Shown: piece after piece, positions 39,129 through 50,656 of the stretch
How the letters are laid out: each line of letters begins with the position of its first letter
Position numbering within the stretch: position 1 is the first letter of the stretch
IMG/VR virus record: IMGVR_UViG_3300003323_000915
Span: 1-64,000 of that record
Direction: 5' to 3' (one strand)
Length of the DNA stretch: 64,000 nt
From: a virus
Position numbers and translations under genes: made by a program
The notes under the pieces: generated by a model
What the model was told of the DNA's origin: nothing
Seen by the model: only the letters and a program-made list of their open reading frames with translations
Databases searched by the model: none

Positions 39129-41912
39129 CTATCTGGGTGTGTATGACTTAGAAATTTTTCTCAAAGCATTTTTCACATTGAGAGCCTGCACATAAATGCA
39201 GTTCTGATTTACAACGAGTTCAAAATTTTGGAGGCGATCATAATTTCCCGATCCGTCACCGGTGATATTTACAGTAACAGGTTTGAACTTAGCCGGCAAA
39301 ATTTCTTTAGTGACTTCGTTGTATTCGAACAGCGTGAGCCCGCGAATTTTGCGCTCCTTTTTCAAAAGGGTCAACTGCTTCTTTTGCTCAGCCTCGGCGG
39401 TGATGACAATCTCGTTGTCTTGAAATTCTTTTGTTGTTTCTTTCATGATTTCAAAAAATCAGAATTGTTCCAAATATTTCCAACCACTTCCCATGAAAGC
39501 CAATTTCTATTTTGAGTTTCTTGAATGGGATGTTTTCTATCAACGCTAAGTCCAACAAATTGACCTCCTATGAATTTAATGATTACAAATACATCTTCAT
39601 CGATAGGCTTCAGTATATCGTCTTCGTAAATATCGCGACCATTTTTATCCGGAAGGCCGATATACTGCATGATTTCAACATCAGACGCTACGACTTTCAT
39701 GAATCCACCATTACCAAAAGATAATTCATAAAATTTATGTTTTGGATCTCCTCCGCTCCATCCTTCACCGTACTTTAAAATTCCATTCAGGAAATACATC
39801 CGATGTAATCCTTCACGCTTATCCCACGCCCGAAATTTTATCTCTTTCATAACTCTCCATTTACAGCTGCACACAATAAAACGATGGTCTGCCGAAGAGT
39901 GTTGAAATTTTTAGCATCTGATAGATCAGATAAAAAATCATTTGACCTAAGAGATGCCCAATAACCTTTAAACTCATTCACCGGGAATAAATCACTGAAG
40001 GTTTCGTAACCTGGGTTTGGCTTCCAGTAAAGCCAGACAGAACAAAAATTAAAACAAAGCCCAGACTTCGGCATGAAACCTTCCTTCATGCATTCCAGGT
40101 AAAACGCCAAAAAAACTTTTTTCTTCGCCATACGGTTTGTGTTTTAGTATTCGACTGAATTATACTTGCTGATAGCCATACTTTTGCAATTCGTGATGTA
40201 ATCTCATCGAGCCTTTCAGGCGAAGTAAACTCCGATCCATTACAGTACACCGACGTATAAGTAATTCCGTCTTCAACAAACTCACTCAATGCGTTGATGT
40301 TGTAGAACAAGTAATCTCGCTCTATGCAATCTTTCAAGCTGTATTGAAGCCCCATATCACTTTGAGTCCGAGTCTCATCAGTCCATGTTTTGATCATAAT
40401 TGTTATTGGTTGCATATTTAAAAAGGTAAGTCCGGATCTTCAAAATAAATAACACTCGGCTTTGTAACAACGACAGTTTCCCAGGTGAATATAGTTTTTA
40501 TTCTCCTTTTAAAACGTAACCATCTCCATCTGAATCTTTGGTAAAGGTCACTCTTAATGTTATTAAAATAATCTATACACTGAGGCTTGTCATATATACA
40601 GTAAAGCATCAAAAGAGCAAACCATCCAATCGGTGATTCTTCATGCTCGATATATCCATTAATTAGCGGTAAGCCTTTTGAAATTTCCGGCCATGGGTTA
40701 TTTACTTTATTTAACCGCCGCAACGGACGATGAAATACGTATCGACCAAATCTTATCCGAGAAAGACAAACCCATATAGGGAGGCGATACCATCCACCGA
40801 AGCAATGCCAACAAGTATCCCAATCGTAAGCCTTGTAAGGATATGTATTGCTGTATCGAGCATGAAGACCAGAACCGCCACAAGATCTACATTTTTTACC
40901 ATCAATCTTTTGCAGATCATAACCGACACACTCTCCGTATCGGGATAAAACTTTATCCTTGATGGAATAAAATGCATGCGCCTTAGTGGACCGATTAGCA
41001 TGATGCAAAAGCCAAGAAAGAATAATTTTTTTCATTTTGAAAAATCATTATTCCCAACAATCTCGTTATACACACTCATGCAACCTTGTCGGTAACCCCA
41101 AGTATATATTCCATTGTACAAATCACAATAATTTTTTGCCATTCGCTTAGTCCAGAAAATCCCAGCCTTTTCACCGTTAAGCGTTTCGATATACCAAAAC
41201 AGTATTCCTTTTTTAAGGATGTACTTCATCGGCTCATGCTTGATGATGTAGTCGAGTCGTTGTTGGTTCATACATTCTCAATTTTAAGTTCATGCGGCAT
41301 CAACTCATGGATTTTACCATCTTCATCTTTAATCTCAAACCGAGCCCCAAGTGAATTGTCGGCTCCTCGCTTGTATCTCACATTGACGATCACGCCGATT
41401 ACCTGTGTTGATTTAATGGTGGCTGTTTTGCCTTTGTAGTTTTCGAAGTTCATATTATTTTTCGTCGAAGGTGAAACAAACAGTTTGACGTTCGTGATTA
41501 TTGAAAACAAATTTTTGGTTCGGCAGCACATGCATGATGTATCCAGATGTAAATTCAACTGGTTCGTCATGGTCATCCACATCAACAACAATATTGTCGC
41601 TGAATTTAAATAGCACCTTCACTGGGATGTTAACGATGGCTATTTCGTTATGAATCGGAGGTCCAACTTTTTTCATAATTAATTATAAAAAGCCATTTCC
41701 ATCACCAGATATTTACTGGATTGATTTTTATTCTTCTCTATCCATGCCTCACAAGCTTGGAAAGCCAAGATGAGCTCAGAGTCATCGACCGGATCAAATG
41801 GTGCGGAGTACAGGATATTCCAACATGGCTTCGTTGCGGCCTTCGGCGGAAAAACTGACAATAAAATATCAGATTCTTTCTCATACTCCACTACACAATA
41901 TTTCCACTCCAT
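39129..41912 (-). CDS. Array of hypothetical genes including YopX-family (39443..39850) and a Zn-finger protein (40418..41035)
   Basis: MKEIKFRAWDK..MQYIGLPDKNGRDIYEDDI..EVVGNI (YopX); CRSCGGSG..CWHC. Confidence 0.65.
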
Positions 41913-41960
41913 ATTCGCAATTTTAAAACATTAACAAATTTTACTATTTTTACGAGACTT

Positions 41961-42203
41961 ATGGCAAAGACTAAAGCGAGCAAGCAACCTCAAATTATAT
42001 CACTCCGGTACCTTTGTGAAAAGGCGGATGTAAAACACTACAAGGTTTACAACAATCTTCGCGGTGAATACTCATCCCTTTCCCATGATGAGAAAGCGAA
42101 GCTTGCAAATACTTTATTCGATGAGGTGACTCCATTTTTGAATGGTCTCGGTTATTACATCACCATTGCCAGGATCAAAGATCCAGTTCCAAAGCAGAAG
42201 TAG
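41961..42203 (+). CDS. Putative HTH (XRE-like) regulator
   Basis: ISLRYLCEKADVKHYKVYNNLRG; isolated on the opposite strand. Confidence 0.5.
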   Translation: MAKTKASKQPQIISLRYLCEKADVKHYKVYNNLRGEYSSLSHDEKAKLANTLFDEVTPFLNGLGYYITIARIKDPVPKQK

Positions 42204-42931
42204 TCTCATCCTCCATAAACGAATCCTCCTCTTTCTTTTTCTTCTTGTCTTTTTTCAGGATCGGCTTGTGCTGATTGATTTGCTCTATCGACATTTCCTT
42301 TGTGTATTGCGAAAACTCTTCGCCTTCGATAGTAACGCCGACCATCAATGAATCTTCCGGATACGGGATAACGAACACCTGCGTCTCTTCTTCCTTATAA
42401 CCCTGCTCAATCTGCATATCGGCGAACTTCCGATTTGCTTTCAGAACTTTAAGTCCTTTTGTTGGCGGAATGGTGATATCAAACGGAGCCTCAACATCAG
42501 GAGTTCCGCCATTTAAAACCTCCATGAATTTTTCTTTTATGTTTTCCAGGCGATCGATAGCGCGCGAGGCAAGTGAGGATTGTTTTTCAAGTTCTTGGAC
42601 TTGCTCCTCTTCAAGTTCAATCTTTTCAGTGTGAATGATAGTCTCAGCAGCATTATCCTGAATCCATTTTGCAAGATTCTCCGGAGTAAATGTTTGTGGT
42701 AAGCAGCGGTGTAGCATAGGTTTAATTGTTTTGTTCAAGTTCTTTTAAAATTCCATCAACCTCTGCGAACTCTTTCTTAAGGAGATTCCGCAGGCATTGA
42801 ATTTCTTTCTTTGTTGAATTGCCGCGATAGCCGTTCATTAAGTGGTATATCTTCGTGTACACCGTCGATCCTTTCCCGTTGAATGAGCTTTCAAGTTCGT
42901 TTTGAAGGTGCTTTATATTGAATAATCCCAT
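42175..42931 (-). CDS. Two hypothetical proteins (42175..42738; 42722..42931)
   Basis: First genes of the leftward operon from the divergent region at ~43000. Confidence 0.55.
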
Positions 42932-43111
42932 GTCTGTCGTTTGATGTCACAATTATAGGAATAAAAAGATTATCAAAAAAATTCCTGAAAGAATTTTCAA
43001 AATATTTTACGAAAAATTTTGTGAATCGAAATATTCTGTTTTGCTTTGTATCCACATTAATCGACAGAAGCTGTCAGAAACTAACTGTTACTTTTATGAA
43101 AAAATAAAATT

Positions 43112-43957
43112 ATGAGCCAATTAGCAGCATTTGATCAAAAACTCGCTCAGGCGAAAAACATTAAAGAAGTATTACAGATTCCTGAAGTGAAGGAACGCGC
43201 GATAAAGAACTACCAAGCGACAACAGGCAGGACCGACGGAGAGAACAGATATGAACAAGAGCGCTTCGCGTATCTTCAATTGATCGTCGACAAGCCGGAT
43301 CTTGCAAAAGTTGATAAGTTCTACCACTTCGGCGCAATTGTGTATGCATTGACTACCGGCCTTTCATTCCGGGATAACAAACTGTATGTCATTCCAAACG
43401 GGAACGGATTAAAGATCCAGTCATCACCAGCCGGTAAAAGAGAAATGCTTGAGATGATGCCTAACGTCAAGAGCGCTCCGCAAGCGGTGCTTGTCATGAA
43501 GGGCGACTTGTTTGTACACGACAAGGCTAATCACAAAGTGATAAAGCACGAAACAACAGAGAAGTCATCCGAAAGTATGAAGCTTGAAAATATCCGAGCT
43601 GCATATCAGCGCATCAATTACAAGGACGGATCATACATCGACACAGTGGTGTACTATGATGATCTGGTAAAAGCAAAATCAAAAAGCAAAGCAAAGTCTG
43701 ATCAGTCATTCTGGAACGAGTGGCCTGGGCAGGCATGCGAGAAGGTTGCTACCAACAGAGCATTCAGGTTGTATCACAAATATCCAGATAACGTTGTACT
43801 AATCGGGAACATGGAATCAACTGGCGAGGATGAATCGACTGAGTATGCTCAAGTGATTGATGAGCCTGTTAATAAAGGACAGACAAGAACAGAGCAAGTC
43901 GATGAGTCTACCGGCGAAATAACACAGTCTTCAGAAGACCAAGAATCATTCATGTAA
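43112..43957 (+). CDS. RecT/Bet-like single-strand annealing protein
   Basis: GLSF..LYVIP, VMKGDLF, FWNEWPGQACEKVATNRAFR, acidic tail with VDESTGEI. Confidence 0.8.
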   Translation: MSQLAAFDQKLAQAKNIKEVLQIPEVKERAIKNYQATTGRTDGENRYEQERFAYLQLIVDKPDLAKVDKFYHFGAIVYALTTGLSFRDNKLYVIPNGNGLKIQSSPAGKREMLEMMPNVKSAPQAVLVMKGDLFVHDKANHKVIKHETTEKSSESMKLENIRAAYQRINYKDGSYIDTVVYYDDLVKAKSKSKAKSDQSFWNEWPGQACEKVATNRAFRLYHKYPDNVVLIGNMESTGEDESTEYAQVIDEPVNKGQTRTEQVDESTGEITQSSEDQESFM

Positions 43958-45087
43958 TGGAAGAGTTCATCAACCTTGTCCTTCAGATGCGTAACGCGCA
44001 GAAAGAATATTTCTTGGCACGTAAGAAAAAAGACGACCGCAAGTCAGCAATTGCTCTCGTCGACAGTAAGAGCTTTGAGCGACAGGTTGATGACTTCATC
44101 GAGAAGTACAAATCGGACAAAAGACAAGCTAAACTTTTTTGATATGCACTTCGAAAACGCATCCAAGGAGTCATGGGTATTATGGCAAAACTCAATGGAT
44201 AATGAAGACGAGATGCCAGGAGAGCCAGCACTTCTTATTGAGAAATACAACGATATTATATCGATTCGTCAGGAAGACCGCTACATCAACATTAATCTCG
44301 AAATGATCGATGAATTGTGTAAGCGATTGAAGCAGATCAACAAAGGTTCGTTATAACCTACAGAGAGGCGTTACTTAAACTTTATAACTCATGAACATTC
44401 ATGATAAGATAAAAGCTGGCGACGATGGTAAATGGCATGTCAGATTTGAACACACTACTATAGATAAGAATGAACGCAATTTTGGCACAGGTACTACAAT
44501 ATTTTGGCAAACATACCAAAGTGGTTGGGATGCTGTTGAAGGGCTGATTAAATATTGCACAGATAAAGACATTCATTTTTCTGATTTCGACCGCGAAGCT
44601 TGGTCTAGATACTACTCAGATTATGACAAGTTATTAAGCAGGCAGTCAACAATGCAGGAGATGTTGCACGCATTGAAGGATTGCTATATGACGATGTACG
44701 GCGGTAACTCTATAAATATCGAAGACGCTATTCGTAGAGCCAAACATGCAGATGATTTTGAGAACAGGATTATTTCAGTGATTAAAAAAGCAACAGAATG
44801 ACCACCACAGACGAATAATACAAAACATGACAAACAAAAAATATTTTAAGATCGCATTTACCATTATCCTGACATTTTCAGCGATAATTATGATGTCATT
44901 TGTTGCTGATAGCATGCATGAATTTCTTGGAGACTGGCATTGTAATGGTGCGGGATGTCATTCTGGATCTGGCGCGCATGATGCAACGTGGCATTGGGGA
45001 TGGCGGCACTGGATGTTTTTTACATGTGGCTTTTGCCTCTTTATTTTAAATGTTGTTCGTGTTATAATAATTGCAGACGAAAAATGA
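43957..45087 (+). CDS. Small hypothetical genes (43957, ~44143, 44391, 44827 membrane protein)
   Basis: Co-oriented, closely spaced ORFs. Confidence 0.5.
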
Positions 45088-45302
45088 TCAACAAAAAATT
45101 CACCGACAGCACCACTGTACGAGAAGCTTGGTATTACCCTGAGAACAAAGAACTCATTGTTGAGTTCACAACAGGGAAGCGTTACAGCTACGCTGGCGTG
45201 CCTGAAGAAATCTGGAACGGATTTATTTCGGCCGCATCCGCTGGAGTTTACCTATCAAATAAAGTTAAAGGTCAGTATCCGTATAAACTTGTAACAGAAT
45301 GA
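45084..45302 (+). CDS. KTSC-domain protein
   Basis: STTVREAWYYPENKELIVEF..YSYAGVP..AASAGVYLSNKVKG. Confidence 0.85.
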   Translation: MINKKFTDSTTVREAWYYPENKELIVEFTTGKRYSYAGVPEEIWNGFISAASAGVYLSNKVKGQYPYKLVTE

Positions 45303-45582
45303 TGAGCGATCAACAGGCAGCTGCGATGGAGTTCATTAAGCCAGGCTCTAGTGTGCCCTTTGAGATCAAGATGGATATATTCGCAAAAATATGCAATGAT
45401 ACTAAACGAGCAAGCTTTTACATTACCAAAAATGTAAGAACTCGCAAGTGGAGAATCCATTTAAGCGGCATCCATAAGGATTTTATAGGAACTGACCTTG
45501 TAGCATTGCTTGATGAAGCTGGTCAGTATGTTGTTGATAACACAAAAGAATCAGAATCACATAATATTTTAATGCCACAAAA

Positions 45583-46806
45583 ATGATCGAAGAAATAACT
45601 CTCCCCGTAAAACTCGAACCGATCCTGAAGCAAATCCAGGATAACGTTCCGTCCATGATCAAAGGCCGCGACGCGGCAGTTGGCGCGATGGAGAAAATCG
45701 TTGATGTGAACGACGATAACATTGAAGAAGCAAATAAATTATTAATCCGGGTTGACGCCACGTATCAGAAGATATACAACATCCGAACAGGAATCACTAA
45801 GTCTTTCGATGATGCCAAGGAATTTCTAATGCAGTTCGAAAAAGATCTTAGTAAGGATAGCAAGTCGAATCATGTACACCGAATCAGGTCTCTTATCGGT
45901 GCACATAATCAGAAAAAAATCGACGAAAATAAGCGCGTTCAGGAGCAAGCACGCATCCAGAAGGGAAAAGAAAACTATAAAGCGGAAATTATCGCTCGGA
46001 TAAAGAAAAATCTCGCCGACATGGTCATCGAGCGCGTGCGAAAAGTACAGGATGGCAGCCGGGATTACTTCAACGCATGCACACTTGATGATTTTGATAA
46101 GCGTGCGCAGGTTTTTAAGAGCAATCAGCCAAAATTGAAGACTGAAGAGTGGTCAAAATGCTTCATGACTGAGATAAACAAGTCTTTGATCACTGATGAA
46201 GCGTACGCTGAGCTTTGTCTTGAGCTTCAAAAAGAAGAGACGTACGAAAAATGGAATGAAACTGTGATCACAGCCATCATGCCGAAAATAAACGAGTGGA
46301 TCGGGCGAATTCCGGAACTTAAAGACAAGCTTATTGCACTGAAAAACGCTTCCGATGAAGAAGCGAAGAAGAAATTACTTGCAGAACAGGAGACGAAGGC
46401 AAAAAAAGAAGATGAAGAACGTCAGCTTGAGCTCAACGAGATGAAAAAATTGAGCGACGAACAAATTGAGCGCGACAAAGAGGTTGAAAAGCTACAAAAC
46501 GACTTCCGTGAGCAAGCTGTGACGCAAAAACTGGAAGATGCCGGTCCGGTGAAGCTGCTTTTGAAGTTTAAAGACGAAAAACCAGTGAAGGCGATCACTG
46601 AAATGGTGTATCACTGCTTCATGAACGAAAAATTCCCACCGATACAGAAAAAGAACAAGGCCGGCGAGCTTCAATTTGACGAGCACGGATTCCCGATTTA
46701 CGTGGACTGGGTTGATACGCTTGTGAAGTTTTTTGTGAAGTATTGTGACACTGGAATCAACGGAATTGAGCTTAAGGAAGTGTCACGTGTAATCGTTCGA
46801 AAATGA
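45583..46806 (+). CDS. Coiled-coil protein of the recombination module
   Basis: 407 aa, E/K-rich helical; between RecT and the nuclease. Confidence 0.55.
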   Translation: MIEEITLPVKLEPILKQIQDNVPSMIKGRDAAVGAMEKIVDVNDDNIEEANKLLIRVDATYQKIYNIRTGITKSFDDAKEFLMQFEKDLSKDSKSNHVHRIRSLIGAHNQKKIDENKRVQEQARIQKGKENYKAEIIARIKKNLADMVIERVRKVQDGSRDYFNACTLDDFDKRAQVFKSNQPKLKTEEWSKCFMTEINKSLITDEAYAELCLELQKEETYEKWNETVITAIMPKINEWIGRIPELKDKLIALKNASDEEAKKKLLAEQETKAKKEDEERQLELNEMKKLSDEQIERDKEVEKLQNDFREQAVTQKLEDAGPVKLLLKFKDEKPVKAITEMVYHCFMNEKFPPIQKKNKAGELQFDEHGFPIYVDWVDTLVKFFVKYCDTGINGIELKEVSRVIVRK

Positions 46807-47019
46807 TAACCAATGACACCACGGAACTTATCGACACTCATAGATATGAATTGGAATATGTATACGATAAGGATGTATGGACCGTACCTGTTGTACTAAC
46901 CACTGAAAGAAGAGAAAAGATGTTAAATGACAATTCAATAAGCAGGGTTAGGTTTACCCCTATTTTGAGGTATGACGGACTTTTAAGTTTTACGTTTAAT
47001 CACGCTGATTTAGTGTAAA

Positions 47020-47616
47020 ATGACCTACTTCGATCATCAATACGTATCCAACTCCGATCTTAAGGCTATCATCCACAAGACAGAACAGGTACGTGCTGAG
47101 CCGGAGAATTTGAAGGATATTTTTGAAGCCGGAACGCTAAATCACCACGCGCTTCTTGAGCCACATAAGGCAGACAAAACTCACATTGGATATGTGACGG
47201 CAAAGCGAATGGCAGATACGGTTTTGCGAGATGAGATGTGCCGAAAGCTGATAATGATGCCCGACTTTCGTAGAGAGCACGAATGGTACAAGAAAGATAT
47301 TTTCGGTTTAGAAGGAGCCAGGTGTAAGACAGATGGAGATAGCAGAATGATGTCTACCATCTTCGAGTACAAGGGGCTTTCAATCACAACCGAAAATGGA
47401 TTTGACAGCGCGATTGAAAATCATGACTACGACCAGTCGGCGTTTTTTTACTTGAACGTTGTAGGATATAAAAATTACCTCATAGTAGGGGTATCTAAGA
47501 AGTCTCCTGATAAATTATTCAAGAGACTCATCGATCGTGATCATCGATGGTATTCATCCGGCGGAATAAAGACCGAGAAGGCGATTAAAGCTTGGAAAAA
47601 TTTTGGATTTGTTTAA
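47020..47616 (+). CDS. PD-(D/E)XK exonuclease (RecE/ExoVIII C-terminal-like)
   Basis: VSNSDLK, GTLNH, RCKTDG..FEYK, YDQSAFFY. Confidence 0.8.
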   Translation: MTYFDHQYVSNSDLKAIIHKTEQVRAEPENLKDIFEAGTLNHHALLEPHKADKTHIGYVTAKRMADTVLRDEMCRKLIMMPDFRREHEWYKKDIFGLEGARCKTDGDSRMMSTIFEYKGLSITTENGFDSAIENHDYDQSAFFYLNVVGYKNYLIVGVSKKSPDKLFKRLIDRDHRWYSSGGIKTEKAIKAWKNFGFV

Positions 47617-47628
47617 AAAATAAAAACT

Positions 47629-48027
47629 ATGAGTTTAGGAATTGGGGCAATGCTGCATTCACTTGGTGGAGGATCAGCACATTCACCAAATGAATACTAC
47701 GGAAAAGAAATCAGTGATATCAAAATGGATGATAAGTCTTTGTTTATTGACTTCACCAATTGTGTAAAGATAAGAATATTCGATGATGGACAATCGTGCT
47801 GCGAATCAAGATATATGAGAACTGATGACGATATGAGGTCATTGATTGGCAAGACGCTTGTTTCTATTGAAACTAAAGATGCGCCTGACATCGAGGATGA
47901 ATACGGAGTACACCAAGTAGTTTTTCTTGAAATAAGAACCAACGATGGATGGATTACAATATCAAACCACAATGAACATAATGGTTATTATGGTGGATTT
48001 GGACTTTCAATTGAAGAAATAAAATAA
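47629..48027 (+). CDS. Conserved phage protein
   Basis: QSCCE..HNEHNGYYGG motif. Confidence 0.6.
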   Translation: MSLGIGAMLHSLGGGSAHSPNEYYGKEISDIKMDDKSLFIDFTNCVKIRIFDDGQSCCESRYMRTDDDMRSLIGKTLVSIETKDAPDIEDEYGVHQVVFLEIRTNDGWITISNHNEHNGYYGGFGLSIEEIK

Positions 48028-48032
48028 AAAAT

Positions 48033-48311
48033 ATGATAACACTGAAAATTGATGTAATGAAGATTGACAAGACCAAGCTGTTCGAAGGAAAGAATGGCGC
48101 AAAGTACCTTGATCTTGTTATAATGGATAGTAAGAATGACAAATACGGTAACGACTACATGGTTGTTCAGGCTGTCAGTAAAGAAGACCAGGAGAAAGGT
48201 GTAAGAGGAAACATTCTTGGCAACGGCAAAAATGTTGGGACGAAGTCAAGCGGACAATCGTCAGAACAATCATCAAGCAGTAGTTCAAACATTGATGAAT
48301 TGCCATTCTGA
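48033..48311 (+). CDS. Putative single-stranded DNA-binding protein
   Basis: KIDVMKIDK..GAKYLDL..ILGNGK, S-rich linker, DELPF tail. Confidence 0.7.
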   Translation: MITLKIDVMKIDKTKLFEGKNGAKYLDLVIMDSKNDKYGNDYMVVQAVSKEDQEKGVRGNILGNGKNVGTKSSGQSSEQSSSSSSNIDELPF

Positions 48312-48314
48312 CCT

Positions 48315-48734
48315 ATGACAGTATTCTGCGCAGGAACATTCGATTTACTTCATGTCGGACACATCAATCTGCTTTTGTTCTGCCGGCAACAAGCCGGGCA
48401 CAACGGAAAAGTGATTATGTCGATCGATTCGGACAAGAAAATAAAAAAAGACAAAGGTGATGATCGTCCGATATTCAAGTACACTGACCGATTACTTGCG
48501 CTTGAGTCCATCAGATTAAATAATCTTCGTGTTGTTGATTTGGTGATTGAGCACCCAAGTAATGAATACTTGCTTGATTCAATCAAGCTATACAAACCGG
48601 ATGCTATAGTCGTTGGTGGAGATTACCAGGACAAAGAAGTGATCGGTAGTGGCGTATCAAAAGTTATTTACTATCCGCGAGATTACCGGTTCTCGTCCTC
48701 CGGAATCATTGAAGCAATAAAACGAAAACTATGA
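48315..48734 (+). CDS. Heptose-1-phosphate nucleotidyltransferase (HldE/RfaE domain II, HldC-like)
   Basis: GTFDLLHVGH (HxGH), DSD..KGDDRPI, KPDAIVVGGDY, SSS..I. Confidence 0.85.
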   Translation: MTVFCAGTFDLLHVGHINLLLFCRQQAGHNGKVIMSIDSDKKIKKDKGDDRPIFKYTDRLLALESIRLNNLRVVDLVIEHPSNEYLLDSIKLYKPDAIVVGGDYQDKEVIGSGVSKVIYYPRDYRFSSSGIIEAIKRKL

Positions 48735-49600
48735 TCTTCCAAGAACTACTCGAAAAAGCGCCGAAGTTGAAGATCGCCGTAATCGGTGATTACATTATCG
48801 ACAAATATATTTTCGGATCAGTTGACAGGATCAGCCCGGAGGCTCCCGTGCCCGTAGTTGTACCGAACAGGACATTCACTCGGCCTGGCGGTGCTGGTAA
48901 TGTTGTAAAAAATCTTCTCAACATCGGAGTCGATGCATATCTGTTTACCACCGGAGATCGGTTCCATGAACTTCCACGGGATGTCGTATTTTATCACCCA
49001 GGAGAATTTCCGAAAAAAACGCGAGTGATATCCGGCACGCATCACTTACTTAGGATGGACGAGGAATCTGTATTTGATGTGGTGTACGATGACGTGCTTT
49101 GGAAAGAAGATTTTGAGGTGATATTGAGATCACTCGATGCTGTTGTTTTTTCCGACTACCACAAAGGAGTAATCAACCCAACTGTGTCGAATACGATCAT
49201 AGCCATGTGCAACGAGAAGGGGATACCTGTGATTGTGGATGCTAAGAAAGATTTTGACAAGTACACGAATGCGACGATATTGAAATGCAATCAGAAGGAG
49301 GCACAGAATATCAATCCGATAATCGAGCGATCGAATCTGTGCCTAAATTATTTTGTGGTGACATGTGGCGAAAATGGCATTTCATGGTTTACCGACTCCG
49401 GTAATGGAGTTGATGGCATCCCGGTAGACATTGTTGACGTCTGTGGTGCCGGCGACACCGTGACAGCCATACTCGCAGCATCATACGCAGCTGGATTCAA
49501 TATCCAGAAATCAATTACACTCGCCAATATTGCTGCCGCTGAGACATGCAAGCATATTGGGGTATATCCGATAACGAAAGAAGACTTATTAAGATTATGA
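48731..49600 (+). CDS. Heptose-7-phosphate kinase (HldE/RfaE domain I, HldA-like)
   Basis: VIGDYIIDKYIFGSVDRISPEAPVPVV, PGGAGNV, SDYHKG, DVCGAGDTV. Confidence 0.92.
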   Translation: MIFQELLEKAPKLKIAVIGDYIIDKYIFGSVDRISPEAPVPVVVPNRTFTRPGGAGNVVKNLLNIGVDAYLFTTGDRFHELPRDVVFYHPGEFPKKTRVISGTHHLLRMDEESVFDVVYDDVLWKEDFEVILRSLDAVVFSDYHKGVINPTVSNTIIAMCNEKGIPVIVDAKKDFDKYTNATILKCNQKEAQNINPIIERSNLCLNYFVVTCGENGISWFTDSGNGVDGIPVDIVDVCGAGDTVTAILAASYAAGFNIQKSITLANIAAAETCKHIGVYPITKEDLLRL

Positions 49601-49921
49601 GCCATTACAGCATTTTCAAGGAAGGCGATCATGTTGAAGTTAATTCATGGCACACAAAAATTTATTTGAAAGGGATTCATGGCAAGTTTAACTCTGTAAG
49701 TTTTGAAAAGGTATGAAATACACTCTTGTGACGCATCAATTTTCGCTTTTCGACTACAACGAAATGCGTCCAAAAGTGAAGGTGCCACTTAAGCGCATCA
49801 GTAAGGAACGCATGGAGCAGGCGATGATCGAGCATAAAAAAGGAAAAGACGGGAAACTTCTGAATGTGCTGCGCGACATAAACGATTCACTTGAACGATA
49901 CTGTAATAATAAAAATATAAA

Positions 49922-50656
49922 ATGAAGATAACGAAGGCGCGAATAGTAAGTAAATCGGTAATTGAATTTGATCCAATATTTAAAGATGAATTTTCAATAC
50001 CTTTTGTTCCACAGGCGTATTTGCAAGGGAGCGGTATCTATAAAATAGTGAATATTTTTACAGGTGAGATCTATGTAGGTGCTACCAAGAATTTTTACAG
50101 GAGACTTATGTCCCACAAGAGTTCAATAGTATCAGGGCACACTAAAAGTAAAAAACTAACAGAGGCCGCTAAAAAATATGGCATACATAATTTCAATTTT
50201 GTAATTATAGAACACACAGAGTTGCGCAATCTGTCTGAACGTGAACAATTCTACATAGATTTATTAAAACCACAGTATAACGTAGCTGTGCCTGGAGCCA
50301 CTAAAAGTGAAGAAACAATAGAAAAGATCAGAAGATCTATTTCGGGCATCAAGCATCCGGCATGGAGAAATGAGATAAAAAGAATTGCGCAAACAGGGAT
50401 TAAGACATCACCACGATCTGAGATTGGAAAGATTAACATGTCCAACGCTCAGAAAAAATTGCATAGTAGCGGCTACAAAAGCCCAAGATCAAAAGCTGTA
50501 TTACAATATGATCAATCTGGAAATTTTATCCGAGAATACTATAGTGCGTCAGAAGCCGGTAGACATATTGGCGTTACTGGTGATGCGGTGACTGCGAATG
50601 CAACAGGCAGAAATAGGACATGTCAAGGGTTTGTATTTAAATACAAAATACAATGA
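49922..50656 (+). CDS. GIY-YIG homing endonuclease with NUMOD-type DNA-binding repeats
   Basis: SGIYKI..IYVGAT..R, EREQFYID..YN, VLQYDQSGNFIREYYSASEA. Confidence 0.9.
   Translation: MKITKARIVSKSVIEFDPIFKDEFSIPFVPQAYLQGSGIYKIVNIFTGEIYVGATKNFYRRLMSHKSSIVSGHTKSKKLTEAAKKYGIHNFNFVIIEHTELRNLSEREQFYIDLLKPQYNVAVPGATKSEETIEKIRRSISGIKHPAWRNEIKRIAQTGIKTSPRSEIGKINMSNAQKKLHSSGYKSPRSKAVLQYDQSGNFIREYYSASEAGRHIGVTGDAVTANATGRNRTCQGFVFKYKIQ

Noticed and set aside
41922-41931. 10-nt match (TTTAAAACAT) to the predicted TnpB guide near the HTH gene promoter
   Set aside because: Short, very AT-rich and expected by chance; no supporting TAM evidence
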